A stretch of 64,000 nucleotides of DNA, taken from NCBI RefSeq assembly GCF_006345805.1, contig NC_043012.1, forward strand, positions 57,660,001 through 57,724,000, written 5' to 3'. Origin of the DNA: Octopus sinensis (Eukaryota). Shown piece by piece: positions 39,752 to 52,070 of the stretch. A program made the translations under genes and the position numbers. The notes beneath the pieces were generated by a model that worked only from the letters and a program-made list of their open reading frames with translations, was not told the DNA's origin and ran no database searches. Within the stretch, counting starts at the first letter, position 1. Every line of letters begins with the position of its first letter.

Positions 39752-39965
39752 TAAGGCGGCGAGGTAGCAGAATCAGTAGCACGCTGAACGAAATGCTTAG
39801 TGGTGTTTCGCCTGTCGTTCTGGTTTCGAATTCCGCCGAGGTCGATTTTGCCTTTTATCCCTTCGGGGTCTGTAAATTAAGTACCAGTTACGTACAGTGG
39901 TTCGATGTAATCGACTTAATCCCTTCTCCCAAATTTCAGGCCTTGTACCCATTGTAGAAAGGATT
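39752..39965 (+). mobile_element. SINE family D
   Basis: taaggcggcgaggtagcagaatc...ccttgtacccattgtagaaaggatt. Confidence 0.85.
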
Positions 39966-40519
39966 GCAATCGCTCACTTCTAGCCCCATATAAAATACGA
40001 ACCAAACGGCCCCGTCCAATGGATGGTGCTGAGTTGTCAAACATTTAAACCAAATTTTCCTTTGAGAAACACTGATTTAACCTAAATTTGAGACACCAGT
40101 AAAAGAAGAATTAACGATAGACTTTATTCTATTCCAAAGAAAAACGATTTTATTCACACAAATATGCAACCGAAGAGTTTAAAGTACCAGTAATGATAAG
40201 GCTGTTGACTGGGAGAACACAAACATAGTTTAAATAGTAAGCTTGTCAGGAAAGAAACGTGCCTTTAAGCAGTACAAAAACAACAAAAAAATGGAAGGTG
40301 CAATTATGTATAGGTTGACGGAAGAAAAGCAGGACAAAAACGATGCATGCAAATGGGTTAGCTGGAGGTAAATCTAGATGGAAAAGCATGATGATGTTTT
40401 TGCGGAAACTGCACGTGCATTTTTCTCGCGTACGCGTAGTATCGATCGCAACAGCTGATGTACTTGCGCGTACAAATGCACGTTCCCATGGCTTTATCGA
40501 TCGCATTCTCACCTGGAAT

Positions 40520-40663
40520 CGATTTTTGTAATTTTTTCAAGACTTATACACGCCTTGATACCGTCGGTATCTACAAATCAAATTTGAGCGCAATCGGATG
40601 AAGGATGCCCGAGATCGTAGAAGACACACGCACAGACAGACAGAACGGATTTTATATAATAGA
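40520..40663 (-). mobile_element. Helitron/Helentron-like 5' end fragment
   Basis: Minus strand starts A|TCTATTATATAAAA then (ctgt)n and ccgattgcgctcaaatttg, the same architecture as the 5' end at 5213; no 3' end found. Confidence 0.45.
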
Positions 40664-40800
40664 TGAGTCGACTTGCCACCGTCCGCACTACCCGACTGGT
40701 AGACACCAGGCAGTTGCTTCCGCAGCTTCTTTGCTATGGATGTTTTTCAAGCTGCTGCTGTTATTTCTATTACTGTCATTGCTGTCAGCGATTTCCTGGA

Positions 40801-41072
40801 CCAGGCTGCATGTTGTGTTCTTGAGCAAGACACTTTATTTTCACGTTGCTCCAGTTCATTCAGCTGTAGAAATGAAATGCGACGTCACTGGTGCTAAGCT
40901 GTACCAGCCTTTGCGTTTCCCTTGGACAACATCAGTGGTGTGAAGGGGGGAGTTTGGTGTGCATGGGCGACTGCTGGTCTTCCTTAAACAACCTTTCCCA
41001 GATTAGTGCCTAGGAGGGGAAATTTTTAGGTGCAACCCCATGGTCATTCATGACTGAAGGGGGTCTTTACCC
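40801..41072 (+). mobile_element. SINE family B, 5'-truncated
   Basis: tgtgttcttgagcaagacactttatttt...gaagggggtctttacc. Confidence 0.85.
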
Positions 41073-41675
41073 TGTACTGGCAGCCATATTTGATGTGGTA
41101 GTGGTCGTATTCGTGATGTCAGTGTTGGATACAATGACATTCCGGCTTCCATAGTACTCATGGCTGAGATCATTTCTTCTTGCAGCAGATTGCGGTTACG
41201 AAAGTGCTGCTATGTCTATTGCTAAACCCATGACATTGCTAAACTGATGACATCGTGGTAGACTGCGGATGTTAGGGCTAAATGAAACTGTGCTCCGTCC
41301 CCCATGCTATTCGCCGCCTTGATCAGTGGCTTCATGCAATTGATGGTGATTGTGATGGGGCTGTCACTGTTTTTGCTGTCATCATTTCTGGTGCTAAATA
41401 CATTGCCTCTTGTCGTTGCTTCTTCTTATATTTATCATGTTTGTTGCTATTGATGTTTTTTTGTTACAGTCATTTCAATCATACTTCTGATAGCGTTTGT
41501 GTCGGCTGTTGCTTGAAAAAAAAATCTTCTTGAGAGAAAGGATTGAGGAAGAGATGGAGGAGGAGAAAGAGGTTCTTCTCCAACTGTTCTTTCCATCCAT
41601 TTCTTCCTTTCTGGTAAACAACCTTGATTTATTTCTTGAAGCAAGATATATTCTTTTGAAAAATGAACTCCCGAA

Positions 41676-41986
41676 CAGATTTTCTAAACCATTTCTATGC
41701 CTATGGACCCTTCTGATTCCTATTATTCTCAGATAGAATCACCCAGGCATTCGATGCTTAACAAATCATGTATTTTTATAATTAAATATTTTAAAGAATT
41801 GTTTAAAAAACTTGGTTAAAAATATTTTGTGTATTATAGAAGTATGACCAATTTATTGCAGGTAAATTTTAACAATAAAATCTTGTATGGACCCCTGAGG
41901 GTCATATGGACCCCTGAGGGTCATATGGACCCCTGAGGGTCATATGGACCACTAAGGGTCATATGGACCTCAATTGAGAACCAATG
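41676..41986. mobile_element. hAT-like MITE with an internal 19-bp tandem repeat (41886-41969)
   Basis: Right end ttgagaaccaatg is a reverse-complement match to hAT-type CAGTGGTTCTCAA; left end degenerate; (tatggacccctgagggtca)x4.4; no 8-bp TSD seen. Confidence 0.5.
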
Positions 41987-42160
41987 GGTGAGACAAAAAA
42001 AAAATCACTCACACAATCTCTTCTGCAATGGGAGTCAATTCCGCAGCAAATATTTTGAGTAAAGCCACCGAACGATAAGGAAACTTGAAACGATAAAAAA
42101 ACAAGAACTTAAGTAAAATTTATGGAGCGATGAACACTCGTACACCAAAGAAAATATAAC

Positions 42161-42795
42161 GGTTTCAAATTTCGGCACATGTACAGCAATGTGGGAGAAG
42201 TGGGCAAGTCGATTACATCGATCCCCGAGCTCAACTAGTACTCAATTTATCAAACTCCGAATGGAATTAGAGGCAAAGTCGACGTCTGCGAAATTTGAAC
42301 TCAGATCGAAAAACGGGCGAAATTCCGGTATTTTTACCCGGCGTGCAAACAATTCTGCCAGGTCACCGTTTTAAAAGTAATAGTAATAATAATCCTTTCC
42401 AGTCTAGGCACAAGACCTGGATTTTTTGGGGAAGGAGAACAGACGATCACATCAACTACAGTACGCAACTGGTACTTAATTTATCGACCCTGAAAGGATG
42501 AAAGGTAAAGTCGACCTCGGCGGAATTTGCACTCAGAACGTAGCGGCAAACGAAATACCTATTTCTTTACTACCCACAAGGGGATAAACACAGAGAGGAC
42601 AAAGAAGGACAGACAAACGGATTAAGTCGATTATATCGACTCCAGTGCATAACTGGTACTTATTTAATCAACCCCGAAAGGATGAAAGGCAAAGTCGACC
42701 TCAACGGAATTTAAACTTAGAACGTAACGGCAGACGAAATACCGCTTAGCATTTCGCCCGGTGTGTTAACGACTCTGCCAGTTCGCCGCCTTACT
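42161..42795 (-). mobile_element. SINE family D: a dimeric copy (42390-42795) followed by a monomer
   Basis: Monomer 1 plus linker (ccccttgtgggtagtaaagaaata) plus a monomer 2 lacking the A-box part. Confidence 0.88.
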
Positions 42796-43861
42796 TAATA
42801 ATAATATTAATAATAACAATAATAATAATAATAATAATAATAATCATAATCATAATAATAATAATAATAATGCGAATGATGAGAAATCTTAAAGATTTTA
42901 CCGCCAAATACATTTTTACTAATTTCTGATTGGTAGCTGTTTCTAGGGAGGAGGAAATATTTCGCTCCTTTTGTCGGGACTGAGATTCGAACCGAGAAAA
43001 TTTAATTACGAGTATAGAAAACCATTGACCAATTATCTAATCCACTGTAATCATCAATCTCCTCCAGCCTCCTCCGTCCTCCCTCGTATCCACTCTCCAG
43101 GATGCACTTCAAAATATTACTTGTGGGTCTTTGGCTTGAAAATGTCACTTACGAGGACTTGGTTTACTGTAGAATAGAGGAGAATGAAACCAATTTTGAT
43201 CGATTATTTCTGCCCATAAATAGACGACAAAGTGTGTTGAGGAAAGAAACACAAAACAATTTTGCCGTTGGAACTTAACCTTTCTGAACAAACAATTATA
43301 CAAAAGAAAAATTGCAATGAAATAGCATTTGCAGAGTGTATTTGTTAAATAGAGTTGATAATATGAAAGGAAAATGTTAACTTTAATTTATCAATAATAT
43401 ATAACGAACTCGAAAACATCCAAGTAAAAGGTGAGGTAGTAGAAGCTGTATTGGTATTAGGGTTGTGCTGAAAATAGTTCACTTGTTTCAGGCGATGTCT
43501 TGCGGTTCGGATGTCGGACACTATCATGTAAAGAAGAAGGAAAAAATTGTATTAAGAATTCAGTTGTGGTTGTTAGTGTTGTTACTGTTTCGCCATAGGT
43601 GAGCCGACCTATGATCAAAGGCATCATAGCTCTGGTCACACAGTGTGATATTTAAAGCTACATTATTCAGCATGGCCTTCTCATATTTAAGACAGTCAGT
43701 GGTATTTGATTTAAGAGAAATTCAGCTGCTATTTCTGAGAGTTTTATGCGACCACTTAGAAGATCTCTAGTTTGCTCGTTGAATATTATGTCAGAGCCGT
43801 AATGCTAATACTTTTGTTGTGATATAAAAGTTTTAGCATCATAAAAGTTGTTAGTATTAAA

Positions 43862-45300
43862 ATTGGTTTCAGATTTTTGGCACAAGGCCAGCAATTCTAA
43901 GGGGATTACATTGATCCCAGTATTCAACTAGTATTTATTTTATCGACCCCGAAAGAATAAAAGGCAGAATCGACTTCATCGGAATTTGAACTCAGAACTT
44001 AAAGACAGACGAAATGTCACCAATACATTTTGTCCGGAGAGGTAATGACTCTGCCAGCTCGCTGCCTCAGTTTGATGTACGAATTCATCGTTTCGGGGGT
44101 CGATAAAATAAGTACCAGCTGAGTACTGGGATCGAGGCAATCGATTTACCTCTCCACCGAAATTGCTGGCCTTGTGCCAAAAACTGAAACTAATGTTAGT
44201 TTCAGCTTTCGGCACAAGGCCAGCAATTTCGGTATGGATGGGGGCGAGAGTGGAGGGATGAGTCGATCACATCAACCCCAATACTTAACTACTACTTATC
44301 TTATCGATCCCGGAAAGATGAAAGGCAACGAAGACCTTAGCGGAATTTGAACTCAGAACATGAAGCCGGACGAAATGCCGCTAAGCATTTTGTCCGGTTC
44401 GGTAACGATTCTGCAGATCGCTGTCTTAGTTTGTATTAATATCAGCCATCACCCCACACGGTCATTGTAGTTCTAATACGTCTGTTATGATATAAATTTC
44501 CAATGTCAGTCATACTGTAGTTAGTATTAATACTATTTTCAAACATTTAAGGTAGCGAGCTGGCAAGGTCTTTAGCACTACGGACGAAATGCTTAGCGGT
44601 ATTTTGTCCGCTTTCACGCTCTGAGTACAAATTCTGCCAACGTCGACTTTGTCTCTTGTTCTTTCGGAGTTAATAAAATGAATTAAGTACCAGCTGAAAA
44701 CTGATGTAGATGTAACCAACATAACCCCGTTCAGCGAAACTGCTGGCCTTGTGCTAAATGTTGAAATCAATAATCTTTTCTAATCTAGACACAAGGCCCG
44801 AAATTTTGGGGGATGGGGCCAGTCGATTAGATCTACCCCAGTACGCAACTGGTACTAAATTTCATCCGAAGGGATGAAAGGCAAAGTCGACCTCGCTGGA
44901 ATTTGAACTCAGAACGTAAAGACAGATGAAATACCGCAAAGCATTTCGCCCGGCGTGCTAACGTTTCTGCCAGCTCGCCAACTTTCAGTATAAATATTCT
45001 TTTTTACTCGAGGATCAAGGCCCGAAATTTTTTTTCGGGTGGGGGGCAGTCCATTAGATCGGCCCCAGTACGCAACCGGTACTAATTTATCGACCCCGAA
45101 AGAATGAAAGGCAAATTCGACCTCGGCGGAATTTGAACTCAGACCGTAGCGGGAGACGAAATACGGCTACGCCTTTCGCCCGGCGTGCTAACGTTTCTGC
45201 CAGCTCGGCGCCTTATTTTGAAATCAATATTAATTTCAAACATTGCCACAATCGGTTATTCTAGTCCTAATACAAACTGTAATAATGGTTTCAAATTTTG

Positions 45301-45303
<3 letters not shown>
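43862..45303. mobile_element. Cluster of about 6-7 SINE family D copies in mixed orientation
   Basis: Minus 43862-44075, plus tail 44085-44195, minus 44205-44430, plus 44550-44770, minus 44775-44995, minus 45000-45215, solo end 45285-45303. Confidence 0.82.
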
Positions 45304-45334
<31 letters not shown>

Positions 45335-45654
45335 CACACACACACACGCACACACACGAGCACACACACGAGCACACACACACACACACACGAGCACACA
45401 CACACACTAGCACAGAGACGCACGTATGTACGTTCGCATGTATACAGAGGTGTTTGCGCAAAAGTAGATATACAGTTATGTAAAGACGAAAGCACGTACA
45501 ATACTCTTTTATTTTTATCAAACAAAAACAAAAATTAAAATTAAAAATAAAGTATTATTATAGTTACGATAAATGTATTATTATGATTAAAGACACTGAA
45601 AATATCAAAAATGAGGCTATCCGATTTAATGAGCTAATAATTTTAATGGATTAA

Positions 45655-45970
45655 GTATTATAAGGAGATGTACTCGCATAGCAAGTGATTTGATCTGAGA
45701 TCGTGTGCTGGAACGAAAACAATTGCAGCGTGGAAGGTGTTTGTAAGCCATTTAAGAAACACACAAAAGCCGTTCGATTCACTTCAACATTTAAGTTTAA
45801 TTTGTCAAAATATTTTCGTCGCTAAAATCCAGCACGGATTTTTGGTGAACAGGTCGCGGATTTTAGCGACGAAAATATTTTGACAAATTAAACTTAAATG
45901 TTGAAGTGAATCGAACGGCTTTTGTGTGTTTCTTAAATGGCTTACAAACACCTTCCACGCTGCAATTGTT
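45655..45970. mobile_element. Penelope-type terminal repeat with a perfect 113-bp inverted duplication (45718-45830 / 45858-45970)
   Basis: Arms identical by hand comparison; 27-nt loop. Confidence 0.8.
45845..45887 (+). ncRNA. Minimal hammerhead-like motif with a G3-C8 core variant
   Basis: GUGAACA G GUCGC ggauuuua GCGAC GAA AAUAUU U/UGACAAA; the stem I 5' strand is not intact in this copy. Confidence 0.5.
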
Positions 45971-46150
45971 GTAAGTATTATAACATTGATTTGATACTTA
46001 CTGTATACCTACTTTTGCACCCGTCTGTATATACTTATTCAAGCGGTACATTCGAACATCAACACTTTGTGGTTCCGACTAATGACCCTTGTAGGAGGTA
46101 CCCTGGGATGACTGCAGTCCAATGATGAATGGAACTAACGTAAGACTATA

Positions 46151-47020
46151 CGTGACCTGATCAATATGTATCCGGACTGTTGCTATAGTAACAAAGCTGA
46201 AGAACGCAGAGTGAAGCCGCTCTGCACAGATTGACATCGAACTCTACTGTGCAATCACACGAAGGTTTAACGTTGTAGCTCACTTCCGCTGTTTACAGCA
46301 GTGCTTGGAAGGAAAGTGTGTAGCGTGTGATCGTCTCATGGATCATTACAGAGCAAGTCGAGCAGAGAATCTGCTTCAAATTTTACCGCAAATTTGGCGA
46401 TACCTGCTCAGAGGCCTACACGAAGTTTTCAAAATATTTCCATCGTTCTCGACAAAATCAAGGAGATCTTGTACAACTAAAACCCAAGTGTCCCTTTGGT
46501 CAGCTGAAAGCAGTTTTGGCAGAAACTTGGCAGACACACGTCTCATACCCAAATCTTCAGTGATAATGGACTGAACTGAACCGAAACTAATCTACACATC
46601 CTCTGATAACTCACGGATGGTGATCCGACGATTTCCCCTCACAGCTGCACGTACATTTTCTATGATTTTCTCAGCTCTGTTGGTTGCGGGTCTCCCAGAA
46701 CGTTCGTCTTGGAAACATCTGAACCACTCGTACACTTGGTGCGGCTCATATGCTCCTCTCCATACACTTTCTGCAACTTTGCACAGGTCTCTGAGCAGGT
46801 ATCGCCATGACAACTTTCTCTGCCATTGTCAATGCGACGATCACACGCTACACACATTCCTTCCAATCACTGCTATAAACAGCGGAAGAGAGCTAGAACG
46901 TTAAAGCTTAGTGCGCATGCAGACCAGAGTTCAAGATCAATCTTTGCCAATCAGCTTCACTCTGTGTGCTTCAGCTTTGTTACTACGGCAACAGTCCGGA
47001 TACATATTGATCAAACCTCG
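46151..47020. mobile_element. Mariner deletion derivative with the 5' end at both termini (long inverted repeat), TA target duplication
   Basis: Both ends read ..tgatcaatatgtatccggactgttgc; the minus strand encodes a decayed mariner HTH region (QVYEWFRCFQD, ERSGRP, NRRITIRELSEDV, LGMRRVSAKFLPKLL); the plus strand repeats EQRICFKF..GDTCSE. Confidence 0.88.
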
Positions 47021-47403
47021 TATAAATGCAGAAACCAGATTTCCATTCTATTATTGTCTCTGTTCTGTATATTCGTTTCATTACTCTCATTCTCTATAGG
47101 AATCTCCTGAACAAATTCTCTCCGCAGACACTGTTTTTTTTTTCGTTTTTCAGTTGTTATGACAGCTTTTTTGTGTATTTGGGTGTAACTTAAAGGAAAC
47201 TCAGCTGCTATTTTTAACCAGGTGAGAAAGATGTGGAGACTGCGTCGTTAGTTCTTTGTAGTTGATACCGTATTTGTCGTTGTTGCATAGTACCTAATAG
47301 CAAAGTAGACCTTTCATCAAATGTGTTCCAGCTGCGACTATCTTGTCTTTTAATTAGATACGTTTTTTAAAAAATCTATTGACTACACACATGCGTTCTT
47401 CCT

Positions 47404-47808
47404 CAGTGGCTGTGTGGTAAGTGACTTTCTTACCAACCACATGGTTCCGGGTTCAGCCCCACTGCGTGGCACTTTGAGAAAGTGTCTTCTACTATAGCCT
47501 CGGCCCGACCAAAGCCTTGCGAGTGGATTTGGTAGACGGAAGCTGAAAGAAGCCCGTCGTATATATGTATATGTATATATATATATGTGTATGTGTTTAT
47601 GTGTTTGTGTTTGCACCCCCCCCCACCAACATCGCTTGACAACCGATGCAAGTGTGTTTACGTCCCCGTAACCTAGCGGTTTGGCAAAAGAGACCGATAG
47701 AATAAGTACCAGGCTTACAAAGCATAAGTGGCTGGGGTCGATTTGCTCGACTAAAGGCGGTGCTCCAGCATGGCCGCTGTCAAATGACTGAAACAAGTAA
47801 AAGAGTAG
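47404..47808 (+). mobile_element. SINE family A, near full length
   Basis: All three segments present. Confidence 0.9.
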
Positions 47809-48580
47809 AGTGTGTGATTTAAAGATGATTTGTCTGCTATTTCTAGCCAGCTAAAAACTACCACGAGGAGAGTGTTTCCTTTGCTCATTGCAGTTGTCGG
47901 TGCTCTGATGAGCAGGTATATAATCGAATGAGTTCTCGCCGTGCCCATCACGTCACAGTTTATTAAAAAGTACTCAAATTATGCGAACGACTTTCTTTTC
48001 GAAACCAGGGTATGAGATTTGAGGCTGTTATTTGTAAATGATTGAACGACGAGGAAAACATTCTGAATGGTAACTCTAGGCCTAAGTTTGGTTGTTATTA
48101 CACAAGAAATAATAAAAAAAAAATCTGATACCTGTGTCAAGACGAAGGAATGATACTCCAAAAACAGAAAGAAATACAACAATGGAAAAAGGAAAAAAGA
48201 AAAGAAATTAAATGAAGTTGAAAGCAAGAAATGAGATCTTAAATGAAAACATGACTGAGCTGGTAACAGAAAATATTTTGTACAACGACAGAGTTCTGTA
48301 AGAGAAAATAGCTTGTAAAGCGAAGCGTTAATAGGTATCAGGTGCAAGGTATAACAGAGAGAAGAGGCAATTGTGTCTGTTTGACATCCGTTAGCCAAAG
48401 GAGGTAATACTTCGTACAAATAGACAAGGAAAAAATCGCGATGTTAGCTGAAGTTAAAGTGATTTCTATGTATTTTATTGTTAGAAAGTTTCAAACTGCT
48501 GTCACATACAAACAGACAGACACTCATATATCCATATAAATATCCTCTCGTTCTCTCTTATTCACTTCTGCACTCATTCA

Positions 48581-48611
<31 letters not shown>

Positions 48612-48789
48612 CTCACTCACTCCTTCACACTTATTTACAAATACAAAACTTTAAGTCTGTAGTTAGCAGATTGCTTAATGTAAAATTGATTTCGAGTGAA
48701 GCACAGAGTAATAGTAAAAATGTGTGTTAATCGTATGCGCAGAGACAGAAACTAGTGCCTATTTCAGCGTTTAGAATGTATTCTTTTCT

Positions 48790-49105
48790 TCTTTCCTTTT
48801 ATTCTTTTACTTGTTTCAGTCATTTGACTGCGGCCATGCTGGAGCACCGCTTTTCAGTCGAAGAAATCGACCCCAGGGCTTATTATTTGTAAGCCTGGTA
48901 CTTAGTCTACTGCTAAGTTACAGGGATGTAAATACGCTACTATCGGTTATCAAGCAATGATATATATGTGTGTGTATGTGTATGTGTGTGTGTGTGTGGG
49001 GAGTTCCAAATACAGACACAAGGACACATATACGTAAATATATATACATATATACGACGGGCTTCTATCAGTTTCTGTCTACCAAATCCACTCACAAGGC
49101 TTTCG
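48790..49105 (-). mobile_element. SINE family A, head-truncated
   Basis: Tail and central segments in reverse complement. Confidence 0.82.
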
Positions 49106-49314
49106 TCAGCCCGAGTACTCCTTAAACGGTTTAGTCAAACAAATCGACGCATGTTGTTACTTTTTGAATGAGATTCTGTTACATATTCTATCGGTGTTTT
49201 CTGCCGAACCTCTCAGTGACGAGGATCAAAACAAGCAAACATCGGTTATCTAGTGGTGTGAAAGAACAAACTCGAACACAACATACACATACACCCATGC
49301 TTACGACGTGTATA

Positions 49315-49392
<78 letters not shown>

Positions 49393-49415
49393 TACATGCA
49401 TGTATAGTACATACA

Positions 49416-49451
<36 letters not shown>

Positions 49452-49631
49452 TATATTGTTATCGCCATATTAATATGGCAGTCTTATAGATATAAGACTA
49501 AAAGCTATCGCTGATTAGCTCCATGAGGCCATCGCCTTAAGATAGCTATTTGACACACAAACTGTGTCCATTATAACCTTCGGAGGAGGGAAGTAATCTC
49601 TTTTAGAGAGACTTAGTAATTTTAATATTTC

Positions 49632-49707
<76 letters not shown>

Positions 49708-49854
49708 CATACACAAACATACACACACTTACACTCACGATGGTTTTTCTGTGTTTCCGTTCATCAAATTCGCTCATAAGATTTTTGGTAGCTCTGGCGC
49801 TATAGTAGAAGGCACTTATCCAAAGTGCCGCAGAGAGACTGAATTAAAAACCGC

Positions 49855-50113
49855 GTATGTATGTATGTATGTATGTATGTATGTATGTATGTATGTATGT
49901 ATGTATGTATGTATGTATGTATGTATGTGTGTATGTGTGTATGTATGTGTGTGTGTATGTATGTATGTATGTATGTGTGTGTGTGGGTGTGTGTATGTAT
50001 GTATGTATGATGTATGTATGTATGTATGTATGTAGTATGTATGTATGTGTGTGTGTGTATGTATGTATGTATGTATTTATGTATGTATGTATGTATGTAT
50101 GTATGTATGTATG

Positions 50114-50160
<47 letters not shown>
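49855..50160. repeat. (TATG)n/(TG)n/(TCTA)n compound microsatellite
   Basis: Direct reading. Confidence 0.95.
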
Positions 50161-50469
50161 GTATACGTACATACGTGCATATATATATAAAGTAACACTA
50201 CATTTTGTCTAACGACACTTCAGCAAGAAAGCTTTTGTTGAAGCTAGAAACAACATGTCAAACATATCTTATGCGAATATAGTATTTTACAGAATATTCT
50301 GTAAATAATATTTACAAATGCTATTATTCTGAAGAATCATCCGCATCAACACTGCTTTCCAAAGGGGAGACAACCAATGGCTTCATGTAAAAAGTCGTGT
50401 GTCATACAATGGATTGTATTTGACGTTTGTTCATCCATGCTAACAGCTCCTTTCTGTATTCTAGATACT

Positions 50470-50683
50470 ACCTTTTCCGCTTCAATGCAGACGGATCTGT
50501 TGCACGATTCTGGTCAGTTGGTTGGCTTTTAATTTCATTTCCTTTAGTAGACATTCGATTTTTGCATGTCGATTATTTGCCACATCTCCAGAACATTGCT
50601 TTGTTCACAGTCTCGTGGCTAATCTATGAAAAGCCATTAAGAGTCAGCTTAGGCCTTCCGTTTCTACTCAGCGCAAGCTCCAT
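50470..50683 (-). pseudogene. FLYWCH zinc-finger N-terminus, probably a Mutator (MULE) transposase remnant
   Basis: MELALSRNGRPKLTLNGFS*ISHETVNKAMFWRCGK*STCKNRMSTKGNEIKSQPTDQNR; fits S.RG..KL.LNG(Y/F)..WRC...C with decayed His ligands. Confidence 0.65.
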
Positions 50684-50814
50684 CGTATCTAGGAGTAAAT
50701 ATAACTGCTATCGAACAGACACGAGTGGTCTGTGTGAACTGTATGGTGAATATGTGATTGGTTTATCAATGCAGTGAAATTCATCGATAATAGAACCACT
50801 TAGAAATTGTTCTC

Positions 50815-51231
50815 ATACCACGAAACTACATTTTGAAGTTTTCCTTTACATTGTTATATATATCGGGAGGGTCATTATACCAATAAGGACACTCGCACTG
50901 ATTCTGCCTCACATTATTATTATTGTTACTGTTGTTGTTGTTGCTGTTGTCGTCGTCGTCGTCGTTGTTGTTGTTATTAGTTGATGATTTAACTAGTTAA
51001 CTAATCGATTGTGTGATTAATCGTTCTGTTAATCAATAAATCAATCAATCAGTCAGTTAGGTTTGTCAAAGTCCTTTCGTCGCCAATCTGTCCCCATACC
51101 CCGAAACTACTTTTTGAAGTATTTTTTTCACTGTTATTTATCGGGAGGGTAATTATACCAATACGGACGCACGCACTGGTCCTGTTTCACTTTTTATATT
51201 ATTATTATCATCATCATCATCATCATCATCA

Positions 51232-51263
<32 letters not shown>

Positions 51264-51345
51264 GTTGTTGTTGTTGTTGTTGTTGTTATTATTATTATCA
51301 GCATCATCATCATCATCATTATTATTATTATCATTATTCATTAAG
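50815..51345. repeat. Diverged 281-bp tandem duplication, each copy followed by its own trinucleotide tract
   Basis: atacc(a/c)cgaaactac..ttttgaagt...tatcgggaggg t(c/a)attataccaata at 50815 and 51096. Confidence 0.8.
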
Positions 51346-52070
51346 CTGATCTTTTAACTAGTGACATGTCCTCTCTACTCCCTGTCTGCTTCAGTTCTGA
51401 ATCTTGCAAGCCAAATACGAAAGCAAAACCTTCTAACACGTCTCAGAATCCGATCCCGTATACGGCGCATACTACATCTACATAACATTTTTTTTTTTAC
51501 TACGAACTCTTTTACAGCATTCTTATATACACGTATCCGATCCCGTTGGTTGTATCCAAAGCATTGCCATTGGTATCTGTATTGTTAAATAGCACATCAC
51601 TCTTGCAAATCAACTCCACACACGTCTCTACAGTAAAATCAATATCTCGACAAACTACAAACTGTCATTATTTCTTCTCAATGATCACACGCCCACAGAT
51701 AGACATGTCTGCTAGAGGACCGAATATCTCGTCGGCAGAATCGATGGCTACAGCCACTCATGTGAACTTACACATTTATACTTAGGTAGCATGGATGTAT
51801 TATCTCTATATCCATTGCTCGATATTGATTTTCTTGTTGAAACTTTGTAGAAATGAATTGCGAAAGTGATGTAGTGTTTCGCAATCCAGACTTCAGTGAG
51901 CTTGGACTTCTTATAAAACATGTGATAATGGATAATGTAATAAACGTTTTGTACAAAACATTTTGTTCCACCAGACCAAATGAAAGTGTACACCACGCAT
52001 CATTAACCCGGCGGTTTAAAAGTCACCATTGAACGCTAAAACGATGGATTAAACCCAACTAAATTACAAG

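Noticed and set aside
47979-48419. 146-aa minus-strand ORF in unique sequence
   Set aside because: Low-complexity F/L/S composition from an A-rich plus strand; no recognisable motif.
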